The notes beneath the pieces are model-generated. The model worked only from the letters and a program-made list of their open reading frames with translations, searched no databases and was not told the origin of the DNA. A stretch of DNA of 64,000 bases from Antedon mediterranea (lineage: Eukaryota > Animalia > Echinodermata): NCBI RefSeq assembly GCF_964355755.1, contig NC_092676.1, positions 12,634,771 through 12,698,770 of the forward strand, read 5' to 3'. The first letter of the stretch is position 1. Every line of letters begins with the position of its first letter. Shown here in pieces: positions 1 to 11,275 of this stretch. Both the position numbers and the translations under genes were made by a program.

Positions 1-37
1 ATCGCATTTAGAGACGTTTTAGACCATTTTGTGCATT

Positions 38-125
38 TCGAAAAAATTTGTTAACATAAAAAGACCAAAGTGTTTAGAATATCTCCAAATCGCATTTGGA
101 GACGTTTTAGACCATTTTGTGCATT
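38..125 (+). repeat. Monomer class A (88 bp, TCGA-phased), example copy
   Basis: Diagnostic TCGAAAAAATTTGTTAACATAAAAAGACCAAAGTGTTTAGAATATCTCCAAAT, which carries a GTTAAC (HpaI) site. A subtype A' reads TCGATAAAATGTGTTAAC...ATCTTCAAATCACATTTGG...CCATTTTTTGC (e.g. ~3203). Confidence 0.92.
82..102. other. Perfect 9-bp inverted repeat TCTCCAAAT-CGC-ATTTGGAGA in class A monomers (imperfect in other classes)
   Basis: The reverse complement of ATTTGGAGA is TCTCCAAAT, with a 3-nt spacer. Confidence 0.85.
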
Positions 126-203
126 TCGATGAAACTTGGTTACATAAAAACATCAAAGTGCTTAAAATCACATTTAAAACCGTTTTAGAGCGTTTTGAGC
201 ATT
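126..203 (+). repeat. Monomer class B (78 bp, 10 bp shorter than the 88-bp form), example copy
   Basis: Diagnostic TCGATGAAACTTGGTTACA...AAAGTGCTTAAAATCACATTT(G/A)AAACCGTTTTAGAGC. The TCGA-to-TCGA distance is 78. Confidence 0.92.
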
Positions 204-289
204 TCGATAAACTTTTCACACAAAAACATCAAAGTGCACAAAATAGCTTCAAATCGCATTTAGAGATGTTTTAGACCATTTTGTGCATT

Positions 290-376
290 TCGAAAAAACT
301 TTTCACACAAAAACATCAAATTGCACACAATAGCTTAATACCGTGTTTGAAATCGTTTTAAACCATTTTGAGCATG
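290..376 (+). repeat. Monomer class D (87 bp), example copy
   Basis: Diagnostic CAAATTGCAC...AGCTTAATA(C/T)CGTGTTTGAAA..GTTTTAAACCATTTTGAGCATG before the next TCGA. Confidence 0.9.
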
Positions 377-463
377 TCGATAAAACTTTTCACACAAAAA
401 CATCAAAGTGCACAGAATATCTTCAAATCGCATATAGAGACGTTTTAGACCATTTTGTGCATT
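377..463 (+). repeat. Monomer class C (87 bp, base and most common type), example copy
   Basis: TCGATAAAACTTTTCACACAAAAACATCAAAGTG(C/T)ACA(A/G)AATA..TTCAAATCGCAT...GAGACGTTTTAGACCATTTTGTGCATT. Confidence 0.9.
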
Positions 464-3069
464 TCGAAAAAATTTGTTAACATTAAAAGACCAAAGTGTT
501 TAGAATATCTCCAAATCGCATTTGGAGACGTTTTAGACCATTTTGTGCATTTCGATGAAACTTGGTTACACAAAAACATCAAAGTGCTTAAAATCACATT
601 TGAAACCGTTTTAGAGCATTTTGAGCATTTCGATAAAACTTTTCACACAAAAACATCAAAGTGTACAAAATAGCTTCAAATCACATTTGAAACCGTTTTA
701 GACCATTTTGAGCATTTCGATAAAACTTTTCACACAAAAACATCAAAGTGTACAAAATGGCTTCAAATCGCATTTGGAGACGTTTTAGAGCATTTTGAGC
801 ATTTCGATCAAACTTTTCACACAAAAACATCAAAGTGTACAAAATAACTTCAAATCGCATTTAGAGACGTTTTAGACCATTTTGTGCATTTTGGTAAAAC
901 TTTTCACACAAAAACATCAAATTGCACAAAATAGCTTAATATCGTGTTTGAAAACGTTTTAAACCATTTTGAGCATGTCGATAAAACTTTTCACATAAAA
1001 ATATCAAAGTGCACAGAATAGCTTCAAATCGCATTTGGAGACGTTTTAGACCATTTTGTGCATTTTGGTAAAACTTTTCACACAAAAACATCAAATTGCA
1101 CAAAATAGCTTAATATCGTGTTTGAAAACGTTTTAAACCATTTTGAGCATGTCGATAAAACTTTTCACTCAAAAATATCAAAGTGCACAGAATATCTTCA
1201 AATCGCATTTAGAGACGTTTTAGACCATTTTGTGCATTTTGAAAAAATTTGTTAACATAAAAAGACCAAAGTGTTTAGAATATCTCCAAATCGCATTTGG
1301 AGACGTTTTAGACCATTTTGTGTTTTTCGAAAAAACTTTTCACACAAAAACATCAAAGTGTACAAAATTGCTTCAAATCGCATTTGGAGACGTTTTAGAC
1401 CATTTTGTGCATTTTGGTAAAACTTTTCACACAAAAACATCAAAATTCACAAAATAGCTTAATATCGTGTTTGAAAACGTTTTAAACCATTTTGAGCATG
1501 TCGATAAAACTTTTCACTCAAAAATATCAAAGTGCACAGAATATCTTCAAATCGCATTTAGAGACGTTTTAGACCATTTTGTGCATTTCGAAAAAAATTG
1601 TTAACATAAAAAGACCAAAGTGTTTAGAATATCTCCAAATCGCATTTGGAGACGTTTTAGACCATTTTGCGCATTTCGATGAAACTTGGTTACACAAAAA
1701 CATCAAAGTGCTTAAAATCACATTTAAAACCGTTTTAGAGCGTTTTGAGCATTTCGATAAACTTTTCAAACAAAAACATCAAAGTGTACAAAATAGCTTC
1801 AAATCGTATTTGGAGACGTTTTAGACCATTTTGTGCGTTTCGATGAATCTTGGTTACACAAAAACATCAAAGTGCTTAAAATCACATTTAAAACCGTTTT
1901 AGTGCATTTTGAGCATTTCGATAAAACTTTTCACACAAAAACATCAAAGTGCACAAAATAGCTTCAAATCGCATTTAGAGATGTTTTAGACCATTTTGTG
2001 CGTTTCGATAAAACTTTTCACACAAAAACATCAAATTGCACAAAATAGCTTAATATCGTGTTTGAAAACGTTTTAGACCATTTTGAGCATGTCGATAAAA
2101 CTTTTCACACAAAAACATAAAAGTGCACAAAATAGCTTCAAATCGCATTTAGAGATGTTTTAGACCATTTTGTGCGTTTCGATAAAACTTTTCACACAAA
2201 AACATCAAATTGCACAAAATAGCTTAATATCGTGTTTGAAAACGTTTTAGACCATTTTGAGCATGTCGATAAAACTTTTCACACAAAAACATAAAAGTGC
2301 ACAGAATAGCTTCAAATCGCATTTGGAGACGTTTTAGACCATTTTGTGCATTTCGAAAAAACTTTTTAACATAAAAACACCAAAGTGCTTAGAATAGCTT
2401 CAAATCGCATTTGGAGACGTTTTAGACCATTTTGTGCATTTCGATGAAACTTGGTTACACAAAAACATCAAAGTGCTTAAAATCACATTTGAAACCGTTA
2501 TAGAGCATTTTTAGCATTTCGATAAAACTTTTCACACAAAAACATCAAAGTGTACAAAATAGCTTCAAATCACATTTGAAACCGTTTTAGACCATTTTGA
2601 GCATTTCGATAAAACTTTTCACACAAAAACATCAAAGTGTACAGAATAGCTTCAAATCGCATTTGGAGACGTTTTAGACCATTTTGTGCATTTCGATGAA
2701 ACTTGGTTACACAAAAACATCAAAGTGCTTAAAATCACATTTGAAACCGTTTTAGAGCATTTTTAACATTTCGATAATACTTTTCACACAAAAACATCAA
2801 AGTGTACAAAATAGCTTCAAATCACATTTGAAACCGTTTTAGACCATATTGAGCATTTCGATAAAACTTTTCACACAAAAACATCAAAGTGTACAAAATA
2901 GCTTCAAATCGCATTTAGAGAGGTTTTAGACAATTTTGTGCATTTCGATAAAACTTTTCACACAAAAACATCAAAGTGTACAAAATAGCTTTAAATTGCA
3001 TTTAGAGACGTTTTAGACCATTTTGTGCATTTCGATAAAACTTTTCACACAAAAACATCAAATTGCACA

Positions 3070-3109
3070 AAATCGTTTTAAACCATTTTAAATCGTTTTA
3101 AACCATTTT
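3070..3109 (+). repeat. 20-bp internal direct repeat (AAATCGTTTTAAACCATTTT)x2 defining a class-D derivative, about 18 copies in the window
   Basis: Read directly at 3070-3109. Also near 11560, 12236, 26200, 26876, 29400, 30076, 36430, 37106, 42284, 42795, 43471, 47507, 48183, 54536, 60370, 60881 and 61819. Confidence 0.9.
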
Positions 3110-6100
3110 GAGCATTTCGATAAAACTTTTCACAAAAAACATCAAAGTGCACAGAATAGCTTCAAATTGCATTTGGAGACGTTTTAGAGCATTTTGTGCA
3201 TTTCGATAAAATGTGTTAACATAAAAAGACCAAAGTGTTTAGAATATCTTCAAATCACATTTGGAGACGTTTTAGACCATTTTTTGCATTTCGATGAAAC
3301 TTGGTTACACAAAAACATCAAAGTGCTTAAAATCACATTTGAAACCGTTTTAGAGCATTTTGAGCATTTCGATAAAACTTTTCACACAAAAACATCAAAG
3401 TGTACAAAATAGCTTCAAATCGCATTTAGAGACGTTTTAGACCATTTTGTGCATTTCGAAAAAATTTGTTAACATAAAAAGACCAAAGTGTTTAGAATAT
3501 CTCCAAATCACATTTGGAGACGTTTTAGACCATTTTGTGCATTTCGATGAAACTTGGTTACACAAAAACATCAAAGTGCTTAAAATCACATTTGAAACCG
3601 TTTTAGAGCATTTTTAGCATTTCGATAATACTTTTCACACAAAAACATCAAAGTGTACAAAATAGCTTCAAATCGCATTTGGAGACGTTTTAGACCATTT
3701 TGTGCATTTCGATGAAACTTGGTTACACAAAAACATCAAAGTGCTTAAAATCACATTTGAAACCGTTTTAGACCATTTTGAGCATTTCGATAAAACTTTT
3801 CACACAAAAAAATCAAAGTGCACAAAATAGCTTCAAATCGCATTTGGAGACGTTTTAGACTATTTTGTGCATTTTGAAAAAATTTGTTAACATAAAAAGA
3901 CCAAAGTGTTTAGAATATCTCCAAATCGCATTTGGAGACGTTTTAAACCATTTTGTGCATTTCGATGGAACTTGGTTACACAAAAACATCAAAGTGCTTA
4001 AAATCACATTTAAAACCGTTTTAGAGCATTTTGAGCATTTCGATAAAACTTTTCACACAAAAACATCAAAGTGTACAAAATAGCTTCAAATCGCATTTAG
4101 AGACGTTTTAGACCATTTTGTGCATTTCGATAAAACTTTTCACACAAAAACATCAAATTGCACAAATAGCTTAATACCGTGTTTGAAATCGTTTTAAACC
4201 ATTTTGAGCATGTCGATAAAACTTTTCACAAAAAAACATCAAAGTGCACAGAATAGCTTCAAATCGCATTTGGAGACGTTTTAAACCATTTTGTGCATTT
4301 CGATAAAACTTTTCACATAAAAACAACAAAGTGTACAAAATAGCTTCAAATCGCATTTGGAGACGTTTTAGACCATTTTGTGCATTTCGATGAAACTTGG
4401 TTACACAAAAACATCAAAGTGCTTAAAATCACATTTGAAACCGTTTTAGAGCATTTTGAGCATTTCGATAAAACTTTTCACACAAAAACATCAAAGTGTA
4501 CAAAATAGCTTCAAATCACATTTGAAACCGTTTTAGACCATATTGAGCATTTCGATAAAACTTTTCACACAAAAACATCAAAGTGTACAAAATAGCTTCA
4601 AATCGCATTTGGAGACGTTTTAGACCATTTTGTGTATTTCGATGAAACTTGGTTACACAAAAACATCAAAGTGCTTAAAATCACATTTGAAAGCGTTTTA
4701 GAGCATTTTTAGCATTTCGATAATACTTTTCACACAAAAACATCAAAGTGTACAAAATAGCTTCAAATCGCATTTGGAGACGTTTTAGACCATTTTGTGC
4801 ATTTCGATGAAACTTGGTTACACAAAAACATCAAAGTGCTTAAAATCACATTTAAAACAGTTTTAGAGCATTTTGAGCATTTCGATAAAACTTTTCACAC
4901 AAAAACATCAAAGTGTACAAAATAGCTTCAAATCGCATTTAGAGACGTTTTAGACCATTTTGTGCATTTCGAAAAAATTTGTTAACATAAAAAGACCAAA
5001 GTGTTTAGAATATCTCCAAATCGCATTTGGAGACGTTTTAGACCATTTTGTGCATTTCAATGAAACTTGGTTACACAAAAACATCAAAGTGCTTAAAATC
5101 ACATTTGAAACCGTTTTAGAGCATTTTTAGCATTTCGATAATACTTTTCACACAAAAACATCAAAGTGTACAAAATAGCTTCAAATCGCATTTAGAGAGG
5201 TTTTAGACCATTTTGTGCATTTCGATAAAACTTTTCACACAAAAACATCAAAGTGTACAAAATAGCTTCAAATCGCATTTAGAGACGTTTTAGACCATTT
5301 TGTGCATTTCGATAAAACTTTTCACACAAAAACATCAAATTGCACAAAATAGCTTAATACCGTGTTTGAAATCGTTTTAAACCATTTTGAGCATGTCGAT
5401 AAAACTTTTCACAAAAAAACATCAAAGTGCACAGAATAGCTTCAAATCGCATTTGGAGACGTTTTAAACCATTTTGAGCATTTCGATAAAACTTTTCACA
5501 CAAAAACATCAAAGTGTACAAAATAGCTTCAAATCGCATTTAGAGAGGTTTTAGACCATTTTGTGCATTTCGATAAAACTTTTCACACAAAAACATCAAA
5601 TTGCACAAAATAGCTTAATATCGTGTTTGAAAACGTTTTAAACCATTTTGAGCATGTCGATAAAACTTTTCACACAAAAATATCAAAGCGCACAGAATAT
5701 CTTCAAATCGCATTTAGAGACGTTTTAGACCATTTTGTGCATTTCGAAAAAATTTGTTAACATAAAAAGACCAAAGTGTTTAGAATATCTCCAAATCGCA
5801 TTTGGAGACGTTTTAGACCATTTTGTGCATTTCGATGAAACTTGATTACACAAAAACATCAAAGTGCTTAAAATCACATTTAAAACAGTTTTAGAGCGTT
5901 TTGAGCATTTCGATAAACTTTTCACACAAAAACATCAAAGTGCACAAAATAGCTTCAAATCGCATTTAGAGATGTTTTAGACCATTTTGTGCATTTCGAT
6001 AAAACTTTTCACACAAAAACATCAAATTGCACAAAAAAGCTTAATACCGTGTTTGAAATCGTTTTAAACCAATTTGAGCATGTCGAAAAAACTTTTCACA

Positions 6101-9100
6101 CAAAAACATCAAAGTGCACAGAATATCTTCAAATCGCATTTAGAGACGTTTTAGACCATTTTGTGCATTTCGAAAAAATTTGTTAACATAAAAAGACCAA
6201 AGTGTTTAGAATATCTCCAAATCGCATTTGGAGACGTTTTAGACCATTTTGTGCATTTCGATGAAACTTGGTTACACAAAAACATCAAAGTGCTTAAAAT
6301 CACATTTGAAACCGTTTTAGAGCATTTTGAGCATTTCGATAAAACTTTTCACACAAAAACATCAAAGTGTACAAAATAGCTTCAAATCACATTTGAAACC
6401 GTTTTAGACCATTTTGAGCATTTCGATAAAACTTTTCACACAAAAACATCAAAGGGTACAAAATAGCTTCAAATCGCATTTGGAGACGTTTTAGACCATT
6501 TTGTGCATTTCGATGAAACTTGGTTACACAAAAACATCAAAGTGCTTAAAATCACATTTGAAACCGTTTTAGAGCATTTTTAGCATTTCGATAATACTTT
6601 TCACACAAAAACATCAAAGTGTACAAAATAGCTTAAAAACGCATTTGGAGACGTTTTAGACCATTTTGTGCATTTCGATGAAACTTGGTTACACAAAAAC
6701 ATCAAAGTGCTTAAAATCACATTTGAAATCGTTTTAGACCATTTTGAGCATTTCGATAAAACTTTTCACACAAAAAAATCAAAGTGCACAAAATAGCTTC
6801 AAATCGCATTTGGAGACGTTTTAGACTATTTTGTGCATTTCGAAAAAATTTGTTAACATAAAAAGACCAAAGTGTTTAGAATATCTCCAAATCGCATTTG
6901 GAGACGTTTTAAATCATTTTGTGCATTTCGATGGAACTTGGTTACACAAAAACATCAAAGTGCTTAAAATCACATTTAAAACCGTTTTAGAGCATTTTGA
7001 GCATTTCGATAAAACTTTTCACACAAAAACATCAAAGTGTACAAAATAGCTTCAAATCGCATTTAGAGAGGTTTTAGACCATTTTGTGCATTTCGATAAA
7101 ACTTTACACACAAAAACATCAAAGTGTACAAAATAGCTTCAAATCGCATTTAGAGACGTTTTAGACCATTTTGTGCATTTCGATAAAACTTTTCACACAA
7201 AAACATCAAATTGCACAAAATAGCTTAATATCGTGTTTGAAAACGTTTTAAACCATTTTGAGCATGTCGATAAAACTTTTCACACAAAAATATCAAAGTG
7301 CACAGAATATCTTCAAATCGCATTTAGAGACGTTTTAGACCATTTTGTGCATTTCGAAAAAATTTGTTAACATAAAAAGACCAAAGTGTTTAGAATATCT
7401 CCAAATCGCATTTGGAGACGTTTTAGACCATTTTGTGCATTTCGATGAAACTTGGTTACATAAAAACATCAAAGTGCTTAAAATCACATTTAAAACCGTT
7501 TTAGAGCGTTTTGAGCATTTCGATAAACTTTTCACACAAAAACATCAAAGTGCACAAAATAGCTTCAAATCGCATTTAGAGATGTTTTAGACCATTTTGT
7601 GCATTTCGAAAAAACTTTTCACACAAAAACATCAAATTGCACACAATAGCTTAATACCGTGTTTGAAATCGTTTTAAACCATTTTGAGCATGTCGATAAA
7701 ACTTTTCACACAAAAACATCAAAGTGCACAGAATATCTTCAAATCGCATATAGAGACGTTTTAGACCATTTTGTGCATTTCGAAAAAATTTGTTAACATT
7801 AAAAGACCAATGTGTTTAGAATATCTCCAAATCGCATTTGGAGACGTTTTAGACCATTTTGTGCATTTCGATGAAACTTGGTTACACAAAAACATCAAAG
7901 TGCTTAAAATCACATTTGAAACCGTTTTAGAGCATTTTGAGCATTTCGATAAAACTTTTCACACAAACACATCAAAGTGTACAAAATAGCTTCAAATAAC
8001 ATTTGAAACCGTTTTAGACCATTTTGAGCATTTCGATAAAACTTTTCACACAAAAACATCAAAGTGTACAAAATGGCTTCAAATCGCATTTGGAGACGTT
8101 TTAGAGCATTTTGAGCATTTCGATCAAACTTTTCACACAAAAACATCAAAGTGTACAAAATAACTTCAAATCGCATTTAGAGACGTTTTAGACCATTTTG
8201 TGCATTTTGGTAAAACTTTTCACACAAAAACATCAAATTGCACAAAATAGCTTAATATCGTGTTTGAAAACGTTTTAAACCATTTTGAGCATGTCGATAA
8301 AACTTTTCACATAAAAATATCAAAGTGCACAGAATAGCTTCAAATCGCATTTGGAGACGTTTTAGACCATTTTGTGCATTTTGGTAAAACTTTTCACACA
8401 AAAACATCAAATTGCACAAAATAGCTTAATATCGTGTTTGAAAACGTTTTAAACCATTTTGAGCATGTCGATAAAACTTTTCACTCAAAAATATCAAAGT
8501 GCACAGAATATCTTCAAATCGCATTTAGAGACGTTTTAGACCATTTTGTGCATTTTCAAAAAATTTGTTAACATAAAAAGACCAAAGTGTTTAGAATATC
8601 TCCAAATCGCATTTGGAGACGTTTTAGACCATTTTGTGTTTTTCGAAAAAACTTTTCACACAAAAACATCAAAGTGTACAAAATTGCTTCAAATCGCATT
8701 TGGAGACGTTTTAGACCATTTTGTGCATTTTGGTAAAACTTTTCACACAAAAACATCAAAATTCACAAAATAGCTTAATATCGTGTTTGAAAACGTTTTA
8801 AACCATTTTGAGCATGTCGATAAAACTTTTCACTCAAAAATATCAAAGTGCACAGAATATCTTCAAATCGCATTTAGAGACGTTTTAGACCATTTTGTGC
8901 ATTTCGAAAAAAATTGTTAACATAAAAAGACCAAAGTGTTTAGAATATCTCCAAATCGCATTTGGAGACGTTTTAGACCATTTTGCGCATTTCGATGAAA
9001 CTTGGTTACACAAAAACATCAAAGTGCTTAAAATCACATTTAAAACCGTTTTAGAGCGTTTTGAGCATTTCGATAAACTTTTCAAACAAAAACATCAAAG

Positions 9101-11275
9101 TGTACAAAATAGCTTCAAATCGTATTTGGAGACGTTTTAGACCATTTTGTGCGTTTCGATGAATCTTGGTTACACAAAAACATCAAAGTGCTTAAAATCA
9201 CATTTAAAACCGTTTTAGTGCATTTTGAGCATTTCGATAAAACTTTTCACACAAAAACATCAAAGTGCACAAAATAGCTTCAAATCGCATTTAGAGATGT
9301 TTTAGACCATTTTGTGCGTTTCGATAAAACTTTTCACACAAAAACATCAAATTGCACAAAATAGCTTAATATCGTGTTTGAAAACGTTTTAGACCATTTT
9401 GAGCATGTCGATAAAACTTTTCACACAAAAACATAAAAGTGCACAAAATAGCTTCAAATCGCATTTAGAGATGTTTTAGACCATTTTGTGCGTTTCGATA
9501 AAACTTTTCACACAAAAACATCAAATTGCACAAAATAGCTTAATATCGTGTTTGAAAACGTTTTAGACCATTTTGAGCATGTCGATAAAACTTTTCACAC
9601 AAAAACATAAAAGTGCACAGAATAGCTTCAAATCGCATTTGGAGACGTTTTAGACCATTTTGTGCATTTCGAAAAAACTTTTTAACATAAAAACACCAAA
9701 GTGCTTAGAATAGCTTCAAATCGCATTTGGAGACGTTTTAGACCATTTTGTGCATTTCGATGAAACTTGGTTACACAAAAACATCAAAGTGCTTAAAATC
9801 ACATTTGAAACCGTTATAGAGCATTTTTAGCATTTCGATAAAACTTTTCACACAAAAACATCAAAGTGTACAAAATAGCTTCAAATCACATTTGAAACCG
9901 TTTTAGACCATTTTGAGCATTTCGATAAAACTTTTCACACAAAAACATCAAAGTGTACAGAATAGCTTCAAATCGCATTTGGAGACGTTTTAGACCATTT
10001 TGTGCATTTCGATGAAACTTGGTTACACAAAAACATCAAAGTGCTTAAAATCACATTTGAAACCGTTTTAGAGCATTTTTAACATTTCGATAATACTTTT
10101 CACACAAAAACATCAAAGTGTACAAAATAGCTTCAAATCACATTTGAAACCGTTTTAGACCATATTGAGCATTTCGATAAAACTTTTCACACAAAAACAT
10201 CAAAGTGTACAAAATAGCTTCAAATCGCATTTGGAGACGTTTTAGACCATTTTGTGCATTTCGATGAAACTTGGTTACACAAAAACATCAAAGTGCTTAA
10301 AATCACATTTGAAAGCGTTTTAGAGCATTTTTAGCATTTCGATAATACTTTTCACACAAAAACATCAAAGTGCACAAAATAGCATCAAATCGCATTTAGA
10401 GATGTTTTAGACCATTTTGTGCATTTCGATAAAACTTTTCACACAAAAACATCAAATTGCACAAAATAGCTTAATACCGTGTTTGAAATCATTTTAAACC
10501 ATTTTGAGCATGTCGATAAAACTTTTCACACAAAAACATCAAAGTGTTTAGAATATCTCCAAATCGCATTTGGAGACGTTTTAGACCATTTTGTGCATTT
10601 CGATGAAACTTGGTTACACAAAAACATCAAAGTGCTTAAAATCACATTTGAAACCGTTTTAAAGCATTTTGAGCATTTCGATAAAACTTTTCAAACAAAA
10701 ACATCAAAGTGTACAAAATAGCTTCAACTCACATTTGAAACCGTTTTAGACCATTTTGAGCATTTCGATAAAACTTTTCACACAAAAACATCAAAGTGTA
10801 CAAAATAGCTTCAAATCGCATTTGGAGACGTTTTAGACCATTTTGTGCATTTCGATGAAACTTGGTTACACAAAAACATCAAAGTGCTTAAAATCACATT
10901 TGAAACCGTTTTAGAGCATTTTTAGCATTTCGATAATACTTTTCACACAAAACATCAAAGTGTACAAAATAGCTTCAAATCGCATTTGGAGACGTTTTAG
11001 ACCATTTTGTGCATTTCGATGAAACTTGGTTACACAAAAACATCAAAGTGCTTAAAATCACATTTGAAACCGTTTTAGACCATTTTGAGCATTTCGATAA
11101 AACTTTTCACACAAAAAAATCAAAGTGCACAAAATAGCTTCAAATCGCATTTGGGGACGTTTTAGACTATTTTGTGCATTTCGAAAAAAATTGTTAACAT
11201 AAAAAGACCAAAGTGTTTAGAATATCTCCAAATCGCATTTGGAGACGTTTTAAACCATTTTGTGCATTTCGATGG

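Larger units (their letters stand above)
1..10232 (+). repeat. Block duplication with offset 7316 bp: 1-~2916 repeated at 7317-~10232
   Basis: ORF-track pairs 29/7345, 455/7771, 1230/8546 and 1579/8895 all differ by 7316. The copies share rare variants (GCACACAATAG, CATATAGAG, TTAACATTAAAAG) and diverge at ~2917/10233. The left end lies outside the window. Confidence 0.9.

Noticed and set aside
715-735. CENP-B box-like motif (TTTCGATAAAACTTTTC)
   Set aside because: It matches only the TTCG....A part of the NTTCGNNNNANNCGGGN consensus and lacks the required CGGG.
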